A DNA stretch of 64,000 nt, from IMG/VR virus record IMGVR_UViG_3300031857_000001. One strand, written 5' to 3'. Source of the stretch: a virus. Its lineage: Duplodnaviria; Caudoviricetes. Position 1 is the stretch's first letter. Each line of letters begins with the position of its first letter. A program made the position numbers and the translations under genes. Of the stretch, positions 24,559 through 33,552 are shown in pieces. Under the pieces are notes generated by a model. It was given only the letters and a program-made list of their open reading frames with translations, searched no databases and was not told where the DNA came from.

Positions 24559-26382
24559 ATGGAAAATAATAAACAGTTAACCGTATGGCAAAGATTAACA
24601 AGAGCGTTTGGACCGAACGCATTACTTAATCAAGATTACCCAACATATAAGTTTGACAAACAAGAACTATTAAAGACTACCTCAAAACAGGAATATGAAA
24701 AAGAGTTATTACAGGCTCAACAAACATATTATCTTGCAAATCAGTGGACTAAAATTGAAAGTAATCTTTATACCCAAGCGGTATATTACGAACCAACAAG
24801 ATTGGCATCATTTTATGATTACGAATCAATGGAATATACGCCAGAGATTTCTGCTGCCTTGGACATATACGGAGAAGAATCCACTACAGTTGACCAAAAT
24901 GGTTATATGTTGCAGATTTATTCTGAGTCAAAAAGAATTAAAGGTATTTTAACTGATTTATTTAATAATGTATTAGATATTAACACAAACTTACCAATGT
25001 GGACAAGAAACACTTGTAAGTATGGTGATAATTTTGTGTATTTAAAATTGGATTCTGATAAGGGTGTTGTTGGATGTATGCAACTTCCAAATATTGAAAT
25101 TGAACGTTTGGAAAGAGGTATGCCGGCAAAAAGTCAAAATGTTGAGGACCCAAAAGAAAATAGAGGTTTAAGATTTAAATGGAAAGCAAAAGACATGGAG
25201 TTTAACTCGTGGGAGATAGCTCACTTTAGATTAATGGGCGACGATAGAAAACTTCCTTATGGTACTTCTATGTTAGAAAAAGCTCGTCGCATTTGGAAAC
25301 AATTATTGTTGTCAGAAGATGCAATGTTGATATATAGAACATCAAGAGCCCCTGAAAGAAGAGTATTTAAAGTATTTGTTGGTAACATGGATGATAAAGA
25401 TGTTGAGGCATATGTACAACGTGTGGCTAACAAATTTAAAAGAAGTCAAGTTGTAGATAGTCAAACAGGTAATGTTGATTTGAGATTTAATCAAATGGCG
25501 GTCGACCAAGATTATTTTATCCCTGTTCGTGACCCGGCTCAATCATCTCCAATTGAAACATTAGACGGAGCTAAAAACCTGTCTGAAATTGCGGATATTG
25601 AATACATCCAAAAGAAATTATTGACCGCACTTCGTGTACCTAAAGCGTTTTTAGGATTTGAGGAAGTTGTTGGTGAAGGTAAAAATTTATCACTACAGGA
25701 TATTCGTTTTGCTCGAACAATTAACAGAATTCAAAAGTGTATGATTGCGGAAATGAACAAAATCGCAATTATTCATCTTTTTTTACTAGGTTTTGAGGAC
25801 GAATTAACTAATTTCACTTTAGGATTAACTAACCCATCAACCCAAGCCGATTTACTTAAAATTGATGTTTGGAAAGAAAAGATGTTATTATACAAAGACG
25901 CAGTTGCGGCAATCGAAGGTATTGCTCCTGTATCGGTTTCTTGGGCTAAGAAACATATTTTAGGTTTCTCTGACGAAGAAATTAAACTTGATTTACAACA
26001 ACAAAGAATTGAAAAAGCGGTAGGTGCCGAGTTAACAAACACTGCAACAATTATTGCTCATACAGGTGTATTTGATAATGTGGATAAATTATATGGAGGT
26101 CCGGGTACAGGGGCAACCGCATCATCTGAAGCGACTCCTCCACCACCTCCGGGAGGTGATATGGGAGGATTAGGACCTGAACCTGGAGGGGCCGAATTAC
26201 CGCCTCCACCCCCACCAGGAGGTGAAGCCGGAATTACTCCCGAATCAGAAAATAGAGATAATCTAAATATTTTATTAGAATCGGACTCTGTGTTTGAAGA
26301 AGATTCTTACATAGATTTATCTAAAGCAAGAAATTCATTAGGTCAAATGGAATCTCAACTAGAAAAACTTCTGAGAGATTGA
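24559..26382 (+). CDS. portal protein (T4 gp20-like)
   Basis: YGTSMLEKARRIWKQL.L.EDAMLIYRTSRAPERRVF, DYFIPVR, LRVPK motifs. Confidence 0.95.
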   Translation: MENNKQLTVWQRLTRAFGPNALLNQDYPTYKFDKQELLKTTSKQEYEKELLQAQQTYYLANQWTKIESNLYTQAVYYEPTRLASFYDYESMEYTPEISAALDIYGEESTTVDQNGYMLQIYSESKRIKGILTDLFNNVLDINTNLPMWTRNTCKYGDNFVYLKLDSDKGVVGCMQLPNIEIERLERGMPAKSQNVEDPKENRGLRFKWKAKDMEFNSWEIAHFRLMGDDRKLPYGTSMLEKARRIWKQLLLSEDAMLIYRTSRAPERRVFKVFVGNMDDKDVEAYVQRVANKFKRSQVVDSQTGNVDLRFNQMAVDQDYFIPVRDPAQSSPIETLDGAKNLSEIADIEYIQKKLLTALRVPKAFLGFEEVVGEGKNLSLQDIRFARTINRIQKCMIAEMNKIAIIHLFLLGFEDELTNFTLGLTNPSTQADLLKIDVWKEKMLLYKDAVAAIEGIAPVSVSWAKKHILGFSDEEIKLDLQQQRIEKAVGAELTNTATIIAHTGVFDNVDKLYGGPGTGATASSEATPPPPPGGDMGGLGPEPGGAELPPPPPPGGEAGITPESENRDNLNILLESDSVFEEDSYIDLSKARNSLGQMESQLEKLLRD

Positions 26383-26402
26383 TATTTATAATAAAAAAGA
26401 AA

Positions 26403-27125
26403 ATGATTAAGTTCGGAAATATTAAATCAAAGATTGAAGAAAAGTTACTTGAATCTTATTCTAACAATACTTTTAAATCTGAAATGAAGACTTTTAAGTC
26501 TTTGGTTTTAGGTAATAAAAATATTAGTAAACTATTTTATCTTTACGATGAGATGAGTTCTAATAAAGGTTTAAATGAATCTTTGGTTAATGACTACATT
26601 TATGAGTGTATTACAGTTTATGAAAATACCGTAAATAAAATCGACGAATCTACAATCTCTAAATTGAAATCTTGGGTTTCAAATGTTAAGTGTGACAACA
26701 AATATGAAAATATTGACAATTTATTTTCAACTGATGTTTTAACAATTGAATCTCGTTTAAAGAGTAAAAAAATTATTTCTGAAAATTTAATTAAATCACC
26801 TGAAACCAAAAAGACAGAAACTGTTAATTTACCAATATCAACAATGGTTAATATTGCAAATAAAACATTTTCAAATTATGTCGAAAATTTAAATGAATCT
26901 GATAGACAGGAATTAATTAAATTTTTAAAGACAGAGGATTCTGAATTAGAACCACAATTTGAGTCAATTAAAGATGAGGTTAAATCAAAATTAACTTCAT
27001 TAAAAGAAAACACGACAGATACTGACACTTTAAATAGAGTTGAGGAAACAATAACAAAAGTTGATTCTGAGACGTATAACAAATTGTCATTCTTCAAATT
27101 AAAAGGATTAAACGAAAGCCTTTAA
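26403..27125 (+). CDS. hypothetical protein, head cluster
   Basis: ATG 26403 follows TATTTATA 26383-26390; helical, LNES motifs. Confidence 0.75.
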   Translation: MIKFGNIKSKIEEKLLESYSNNTFKSEMKTFKSLVLGNKNISKLFYLYDEMSSNKGLNESLVNDYIYECITVYENTVNKIDESTISKLKSWVSNVKCDNKYENIDNLFSTDVLTIESRLKSKKIISENLIKSPETKKTETVNLPISTMVNIANKTFSNYVENLNESDRQELIKFLKTEDSELEPQFESIKDEVKSKLTSLKENTTDTDTLNRVEETITKVDSETYNKLSFFKLKGLNESL

Positions 27126-27313
27126 TTTTCGGAATCTTTCTTTTTTTGAACGTATTTGGCTTTTTTAAGAATATCTCTCTTTTTAACAGATTTTTTGGTA
27201 TATTCTTTTCTATTAACCAACTCAGCGGTTTGTTTTGTTCTAATAACCTTGCTCTTGAGAATTTTAAGTGCCTTCTCAATGTTCGTATGTTTATCTAACT
27301 TAACAATTATCAT
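27122..27313 (-). CDS. rpsU: 30S ribosomal protein bS21
   Basis: MIIV...NIEKALK.LK.K......L..R.EY.K.SV.KR....KAKY(54)VQ; size and basic composition match Bacteroidota bS21. Confidence 0.88.
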   Translation of the reverse strand: MIIVKLDKHTNIEKALKILKSKVIRTKQTAELVNRKEYTKKSVKKRDILKKAKYVQKKKDSEN

Positions 27314-27404
27314 ATATAAGAAATATCTCTAAATGAATTTTTTTTTGACTATCGATACAAATATACTTATTTTTTTTAAAAATAAACTTGTATAATATGA
27401 AAAG

Positions 27405-27878
27405 TTGATGAAAAAGGGGAAGACCTCACAAATTCAGGGGTTCAAAACAGCCAAGGTAATCTATGGCACAGTTGATTCGGTTAATTTCAAATCAGTATAC
27501 CTCAACATTCAAACATGGGTTGACCCCAAAATAAACTCAGAAAATTGGAATAGGATAGTTTTAAACTTAAGTAGGGCAATAAAACATTCAGTTTTAGAAT
27601 CATTAGATAAAATTTTATTTGATAACAAATTTATAGTTGATTTAGATTTAAGGTCTAGTGGTTTACAAAAAGGAAAAAAGTCATTTTTAAATTTAGAAAT
27701 AAATTTTTACTTATCAGGTTCAGAAACGGATTTCAAGTCAAGGAGAATTAAAGATGCTTTAAAAAAAGTATGTAAACAAGTATTCCAAGATAATTTTACA
27801 AATAACGAATATTTTAAATTTCACTTAACCAAAACTAAAAAAACTAAGGTAGAAAAAACAGAAACCGATAATCTTTAA
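27405..27878 (+). CDS. hypothetical protein, head cluster
   Basis: 157-aa ORF between bS21 and the prohead protease. Confidence 0.75.
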   Translation: MMKKGKTSQIQGFKTAKVIYGTVDSVNFKSVYLNIQTWVDPKINSENWNRIVLNLSRAIKHSVLESLDKILFDNKFIVDLDLRSSGLQKGKKSFLNLEINFYLSGSETDFKSRRIKDALKKVCKQVFQDNFTNNEYFKFHLTKTKKTKVEKTETDNL

Positions 27879-27900
27879 TATTTATAAAGAAAAATTAAAG

Positions 27901-28626
27901 ATGAATCATCAAATCATACAACCTGGTCAAATCGGAAAGGGAATACTTGTTGAATACGACGCAGGGTATATATCACCAACCGAACAACGTAATGCGGATT
28001 TAATACGTGAATCTAAGGGAATGCTTGACCACTCAAAACCATTTGAGTTCTATGCGGTATTACAAAAGTATAATACCCCAAATAGAAACGGAAGAGTATA
28101 TCCTGAGAAAGTATTAAAGAGAGAAGCGGATAATTATAAAAAAATGATTGACAAGGGTATTGCGTTATCTGAACTTAACCACCCTGAATCTTCACTTGTT
28201 GATTTAGATAGAGTTTCACATGCAATAACTGAAATATGGTGGGAAGGACCTGTTTTAATGGGTAAATTAAAACTATTAACTTCACCAGGGTTTCATGAAA
28301 GAGGAATTGTTTCAACTAAGGGAGACCAAGCCGCAAATCTGTTAAGACAAGGTGTTACTTTAGGTATTTCATCTCGTGGAGTTGGGTCTTTAAAAAAGGT
28401 TGGAGAACATAATGAAGTTCAGAATGATTTTGAAATAATTTGTTTTGACCTTGTGTGGTCACCATCTACACCTGGCGCTTATTTATTCTTAGAACCAAAT
28501 GATAGATTTAATTTTGAAGAAAACTTAGAGGAAGAGAATAAAATGAAGTCTCAAAGAGTTTCTGATGAAAGTTCAAACAAATCGCTTGACTTAATGAAAA
28601 AATTGAACGATTATTTGAAGTACTAA
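27901..28626 (+). CDS. prohead core protease (T4 gp21-like)
   Basis: NRNGRVYP, ELNHP, RVSH, LGISSRGVGS, FDLVWSPSTPGA. Confidence 0.93.
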   Translation: MNHQIIQPGQIGKGILVEYDAGYISPTEQRNADLIRESKGMLDHSKPFEFYAVLQKYNTPNRNGRVYPEKVLKREADNYKKMIDKGIALSELNHPESSLVDLDRVSHAITEIWWEGPVLMGKLKLLTSPGFHERGIVSTKGDQAANLLRQGVTLGISSRGVGSLKKVGEHNEVQNDFEIICFDLVWSPSTPGAYLFLEPNDRFNFEENLEEENKMKSQRVSDESSNKSLDLMKKLNDYLKY

Positions 28627-28637
28627 AAATAATAAAA

Positions 28638-28847
28638 ATGAACGAAAAATATTTTGTAGCAAAAATTACAACAGACATGCCTGACACAGAGACAGGTAAA
28701 ATTAAAAAACTAAGACAAGAAAAATTAGTTAAAGGTTTTTCACCAACAGATGTAGAGGCAAAAGTGACTAAAGTTTTTGAAAATTATTCTGAAGATTGGA
28801 GAATAACTGCAATTGTTGAAAGTAAGATTGATGAGGTGATAGAATAA
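28638..28847 (+). CDS. small protein, DUF4494-like
   Basis: YFVAKI...GKIKK...LVKGFSPTDVEAKV pattern. Confidence 0.5.
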   Translation: MNEKYFVAKITTDMPDTETGKIKKLRQEKLVKGFSPTDVEAKVTKVFENYSEDWRITAIVESKIDEVIE

Positions 28848-28868
28848 TCTTAGTATAACAATAAGAAA

Positions 28869-28899
28869 GAAAAGGAGGGTTTATCCCTCCTTTTTTTAT
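28869..28899. terminator. intrinsic terminator
   Basis: AAAAGGAGGG-TTTAT-CCCTCCTTTTT. Confidence 0.8.
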
Positions 28900-28977
28900 T
28901 TTATTTAATTCAAAATATCAATTATAGATAATTTTTTTGAATTTGTACAATATTTATATAAAAATTAAAAACCAAAA

Positions 28978-30471
28978 ATGGCAAAAGAAAAATCAATTGT
29001 TGAAGAGGCAATCATCCAAATGAAAAACTTGGAAGAAGCGGTTGCTGAAAATGCAAAAGGAATACTTGCTTCTACTATGAAGGAAGAAATCAAAGAACTA
29101 GTAAAGGAATCTCTATCTGAACAAGAAGAAGAAGAGATTGGAATGACTGATGTAGACATGGAAGGACCTGAAATGGAAACAGATGACGAAATGGATTCTG
29201 ATGACATGGAAATGGGTATGGACATGGATACTGATGACGAAGAGGAAGATATGGAAGAACCAATCGACCTTACCGACAAGTCAGACGAAGAAGTACTTCG
29301 TGTATTTCAACTTATGGGACCTGATGACAACATCATCGTTACAAAAGACGATGCTGGTAACATCAATATCAAAGATGAAGAAAATGAATACATGATTGTA
29401 GGTGAATCTGACGAAGAAATGGAAGAAGAATTCTATGAGGGAGAAGAAATGGAAGAATCTATGGAAATGGAAGAAGAATCCGATGAAATGGAAAAACCAT
29501 ATTCTACTGACGAATCAATTGAAGACATTGTTTCTAGAATGTTTGATGATGAAGAATCAGACGAAGAAGAAATGGATTCGGACGATGACATGGAATTTAG
29601 CGATGAATATTCAGAAGGTGATGAGATTATGTACGAAATCGAAATGTCTGATGACTCCGATAATGAAGAGGAGGGAGAAGAAAATGAAGGGATTATGTAC
29701 GAAATCGAAATGTCTGATGAAGACAATGAAGAGGAAGAGTATGACGAATACAATGAATCTTTAGAAGAGTCTAAAAAGGCGTTCAAAGCAAAAGGTAAGA
29801 ACACGGGTAAACCAAAATTCTCATATAATAAAAATCCAAATCAAGGCGAAGGTTTTAAAGTTCTTAAAAAGAATCCTGACAAAACTATGGGTACAGGTAA
29901 CGCTAAAAAAGTTAATGTATACAAAGATAAGGAAACTCTTGATGGTGAATTTAAACACAAGCCAAAGAAAGTGGAATCAAATGAAGCATCAAGAACACTT
30001 GGTAGTGGCAAAAGATGGGGTAGAAAAGGTTTGAACAAACCAAAAGCGGCTCCACGTCACTTAAAAGTTGAGTCTGTAGATTCTTCTGAATTACAAATTC
30101 TTAGAGAGAAAAACGAAGAGTACAGAAAGGCACTTAACGTGTTCAGAAATAAATTAAACGAAGTTGCGGTTTTTAATTCAAATTTGGCCTATGCAACACG
30201 TTTGTTTACCGAACACTCAACATCTAAGCAAGAAAAAATTAACATCTTGAAAAGATTTGACGGTGTTGAAACTCTTAAAGAATCAAAGAATTTGTATAAA
30301 ACAATCAAGGAAGAACTTTCAACTGTACAAAGTCAACCAATGAATGAGTCAATCGAGCGTAAAATTGAATCGACTCCATCGACAGGTTCTGCGGTTAACT
30401 TAATTGAGTCAAAAACTTATGAAAATCCTCAATTCCTCAGAATGAAAGACTTGATGGCAAAATTAAAATAA
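28978..30471 (+). CDS. prohead scaffolding protein (T4 gp22-like position)
   Basis: Very acidic, between protease and MCP; C-terminal LIESKTYENPQFLRMKDLMAKLK. Confidence 0.8.
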   Translation: MAKEKSIVEEAIIQMKNLEEAVAENAKGILASTMKEEIKELVKESLSEQEEEEIGMTDVDMEGPEMETDDEMDSDDMEMGMDMDTDDEEEDMEEPIDLTDKSDEEVLRVFQLMGPDDNIIVTKDDAGNINIKDEENEYMIVGESDEEMEEEFYEGEEMEESMEMEEESDEMEKPYSTDESIEDIVSRMFDDEESDEEEMDSDDDMEFSDEYSEGDEIMYEIEMSDDSDNEEEGEENEGIMYEIEMSDEDNEEEEYDEYNESLEESKKAFKAKGKNTGKPKFSYNKNPNQGEGFKVLKKNPDKTMGTGNAKKVNVYKDKETLDGEFKHKPKKVESNEASRTLGSGKRWGRKGLNKPKAAPRHLKVESVDSSELQILREKNEEYRKALNVFRNKLNEVAVFNSNLAYATRLFTEHSTSKQEKINILKRFDGVETLKESKNLYKTIKEELSTVQSQPMNESIERKIESTPSTGSAVNLIESKTYENPQFLRMKDLMAKLK

Positions 30472-30498
30472 ACTCAAAATTAAATAAAAATTAAAACA

Positions 30499-32358
30499 AT
30501 GGGAGCATTATTAGAATCAGGTCTTGTTGGTAACATTGGTCTTAAGCACCTTAAAGTTATCAAAGAAGATACTATTAACAAATGGGACAAATTAGGGTTC
30601 CTTGAAGGTCTTAAGGGCCACCTAAAAGAGAACGTAGCTCAGCTTTATGAAAACCAAGCTAGTTACTTGATTAACGAAGCAACTTCTGACGGTTCTTCAG
30701 GTTCATTCGAAACTGTTGTATTCCCAATCGTTAGACGTGTATTCTCAAAATTACTTGCTAATGATATCGTATCAGTACAAGCTATGAACTTACCTATCGG
30801 TAAATTGTTCTACTTCGTACCTAAGATTCAGGCTTATGCGGGTGGTAACCCATATTTTGACCCACAAACACCATTAAATAATTATGATGGTTCTTCAGGT
30901 TCTCACTTGGGTCCTGTAGGTGCTCCTGGTAACTACCCTGGTTCACCAACATCAGGATATACAACTGGTAACCAATTCCAAAAGAATCTTTATGATTTGT
31001 TCTATGAAGGTAACGAAGGTCAATTAGACCCTCCAGGTTTGTTTGACTATTCAAAAGGTCAGTGGTCTGCAATTACAGTTACTACAAATGTTCAAGTTTG
31101 GTCAAACGGAACATTGATTGACTATACTAACGAATTCGAAGGTTTGAATGTTAGAAAAGTTATCGTTTCTATGTGTGGTTTTGCTAACGCAGGTAACGGT
31201 AAATTGATTGGTCCTGATGGTAATGAGTATGACTCAGAAACTTTCTTGTCTGACTTGAGAATTTACTCAACAAATGACTTCCAAGGTGGTGGTTGTACAA
31301 ACTTATTGGACGACGCTGGTAATCCAAATTCATTATTGTTCAGAGTTGTTACTCAACAATATGGTCAAGGTATCGTTTCAGGTTTGAATGTTCGTACTGC
31401 AACAACATGGCCAACTGACGGAAATGGTGGTTCTTATAATGATATTTGTAGCCCAACAGGTTGCATCTACTTAGAAGTTGACCTTTCTTGTCCAATTTGT
31501 GCTACTTGTGATTCAACATCTTTAGATGGTTACACAGGTACAACTATTAGCGGTCTTGGTGTTAATGACTTTAACGCTGTATTCAGACGTTATAAGAACT
31601 TAGAATTCGAAGACCAAATCGGTGAGGTTTCTTTTGACCTTGAGTCTGTAACTGTTTCAGTTGCTGAAAGAAAGTTAAGAGCTCAGTGGTCTCCAGAACT
31701 TGCACAAGACGTTGCGGCATTCCACAACATCGACGCTGAAGCTGAATTGACAGCTTTATTGTCAGAGCAAGTTGCTGCTGAAATTGACCGTGAAATTCTT
31801 CGTGACCTTCGTAAGGGTGCCGCTTGGAACTTACGTTGGGACTACAACGGTTGGAGAAGAATTTCTCAAACTACATCTTACACTCAGAAAGATTGGAACC
31901 AAACATTGATTACTGTAATCAACCAATTGTCAGCTCAAATCCACAAGTCAACTCTTCGTGGTGGAGCTAACTGGATTGTTGTATCATCTGAAGTTTCAGC
32001 AATCTTTGATGACTTGGAATATTTCCACGTTTCAAATGCGTCTCCTGAGCAAGACCAATACAACATGGGTATTGAAAGAGTGGGTACTTTGGCTGGTCGT
32101 TACCAGGTTTATCGTGACCCATACTTCCCACCAAACCAAGTATTGATTGGTCACAAAGGTACATCGTTACTTGACACTGGTTACATTTACGCACCGTATG
32201 TACCACTTCAATTAACTCCAACCATGTACAATCCATTCAACTTCACACCAATCAAAGGTATCATGACTCGTTACGCCAAAAAAATGGTAAATAACAGGTT
32301 CTATGCCAGAATTACAGTTGATGGTGTTCGTACATTTGATTTAAGAGAATTGAGATAA
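30499..32358 (+). CDS. major capsid protein (T4 gp23-like) with large Cys-rich insertion
   Basis: LLESG, LINEA, VSVQAMNLPIGKLFY, RKLRAQWSPELAQD...DAEAELTALLSEQVAAEIDRE, YAPYVPL, MTRYA. Confidence 0.96.
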   Translation: MGALLESGLVGNIGLKHLKVIKEDTINKWDKLGFLEGLKGHLKENVAQLYENQASYLINEATSDGSSGSFETVVFPIVRRVFSKLLANDIVSVQAMNLPIGKLFYFVPKIQAYAGGNPYFDPQTPLNNYDGSSGSHLGPVGAPGNYPGSPTSGYTTGNQFQKNLYDLFYEGNEGQLDPPGLFDYSKGQWSAITVTTNVQVWSNGTLIDYTNEFEGLNVRKVIVSMCGFANAGNGKLIGPDGNEYDSETFLSDLRIYSTNDFQGGGCTNLLDDAGNPNSLLFRVVTQQYGQGIVSGLNVRTATTWPTDGNGGSYNDICSPTGCIYLEVDLSCPICATCDSTSLDGYTGTTISGLGVNDFNAVFRRYKNLEFEDQIGEVSFDLESVTVSVAERKLRAQWSPELAQDVAAFHNIDAEAELTALLSEQVAAEIDREILRDLRKGAAWNLRWDYNGWRRISQTTSYTQKDWNQTLITVINQLSAQIHKSTLRGGANWIVVSSEVSAIFDDLEYFHVSNASPEQDQYNMGIERVGTLAGRYQVYRDPYFPPNQVLIGHKGTSLLDTGYIYAPYVPLQLTPTMYNPFNFTPIKGIMTRYAKKMVNNRFYARITVDGVRTFDLRELR

Positions 32359-32380
32359 TTAATATCTTAGTAATATTAAA

Positions 32381-32407
32381 AAGGTCAGAGAAATCTGACC
32401 TTTTTTT
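32381..32407 (+). terminator. terminator after MCP
   Basis: AAAGGTCAGA-GAAA-TCTGACCTTT plus T run. Confidence 0.85.
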
Positions 32408-32448
32408 TACGTTTTGTTTAAACAAAAGATTTATAATATTTATACAAT

Positions 32449-32859
32449 ATGAATCTTAGAGAAAGTATAAAAAAACATCTTATCCTTGAAAAAAGAATTG
32501 GTCAAATTGCAACCAATTTTGAGGTTACTTTTGGTTTTGATGTCATAACCACAAAACATTCAAATTACAGAAGTGGCGGAAGAGATTTAGATGATTATAA
32601 TCAAAGACCTGTATCTAATGCGGAAATTGTCGAATTTATCCAAAATTTTAAAAGAGATATTGCGGAAAAAATACTGACAGGTGAAATTCAACAAAGTGAA
32701 CCATTTGTTCTTGTTTCTAACAGATGGGAACTTGCTATGGCTGTTTCGGCTGAGAGAGAATCTGGTACTTATTGGAAACTTGTTGTAATAACTGTATTCA
32801 GACAATCGGACCTTTATAAGTTCAAAGTAGGTAAAGACCAAGTTGTGATAGAAAAATAG
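32449..32859 (+). CDS. hypothetical late protein
   Basis: MNLRESIKKHLILE N-terminus; TATTTATA 32437-32444. Confidence 0.7.
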   Translation: MNLRESIKKHLILEKRIGQIATNFEVTFGFDVITTKHSNYRSGGRDLDDYNQRPVSNAEIVEFIQNFKRDIAEKILTGEIQQSEPFVLVSNRWELAMAVSAERESGTYWKLVVITVFRQSDLYKFKVGKDQVVIEK

Positions 32860-32950
32860 ACGAAAATGGTAATTTTAACGACGTAAACCTATTTTGGATA
32901 AAGGTCATTAAACTTAAATAAAGATATTTATATGTAAATGTTTTTTACAT

Positions 32951-33526
32951 ATGAAGTTTTTCTTTTTATTGTTTTTTCTACCATTACTATCAAATGCACA
33001 ACTTAGAGATTCGGTTTATGTAACGACACCTATTTTCAATGTGGTGTATTCTGAAAAGTTACAACAACCAAAATGGGTTGAATATAAGGTATTATGTACC
33101 GACGGTACAATATCACGTAAAGGTCTTGATTTTTATCCTGTAAAAGGAATTGTCACCTCAAATGAGGAAGACTATGAAAATAATGTATACGATAAAGGTC
33201 ATTTGGCCCCGGCTGCTGACTTTAATTGTGATAAAGAAAATTTAAAACAAACTTTCTCATATCTTAATTGTACGCTCCAACATGAGAAACTAAATCGAGG
33301 TACGTGGAGACTTCTTGAGGTTCACGAGAGAGAACTCGCAAAAACTAATACAGTCTCAGTTCAAATCAGGATGAATTATAGTAAAAATTCAAAAGTATTA
33401 TCGACAGGGGCAACTGTACCTGACTCATTTACAAAAATAATAACTTATGGAAATAAGAAAGAAAAATATTTCTTCAAAAATGAAGAGCCGAAATCGTCTG
33501 ACTACAACATTTACAAGGTCAAATGA
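32951..33526 (+). CDS. exported DNA/RNA non-specific endonuclease (His-Me finger)
   Basis: Signal peptide ending NA-Q; YDKGHLAPAADF, TFSYLNC..Q...LNRGTWRLLE, VPDSFTK. Confidence 0.9.
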   Translation: MKFFFLLFFLPLLSNAQLRDSVYVTTPIFNVVYSEKLQQPKWVEYKVLCTDGTISRKGLDFYPVKGIVTSNEEDYENNVYDKGHLAPAADFNCDKENLKQTFSYLNCTLQHEKLNRGTWRLLEVHERELAKTNTVSVQIRMNYSKNSKVLSTGATVPDSFTKIITYGNKKEKYFFKNEEPKSSDYNIYKVK

Positions 33527-33552
33527 TAATAAACAATTAAACCAATAAAAAA

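Noticed and set aside
28965-30038. Ser-rich antisense and alternative-frame ORFs over the scaffold gene
   Set aside because: By-products of GAA/GAT-rich coding on the plus strand
22762-32358. Introns or inteins in TerL, portal or MCP
   Set aside because: ORFs are continuous with expected motif spacing; the MCP insertion lacks intein C1/HN motifs and endonuclease signatures
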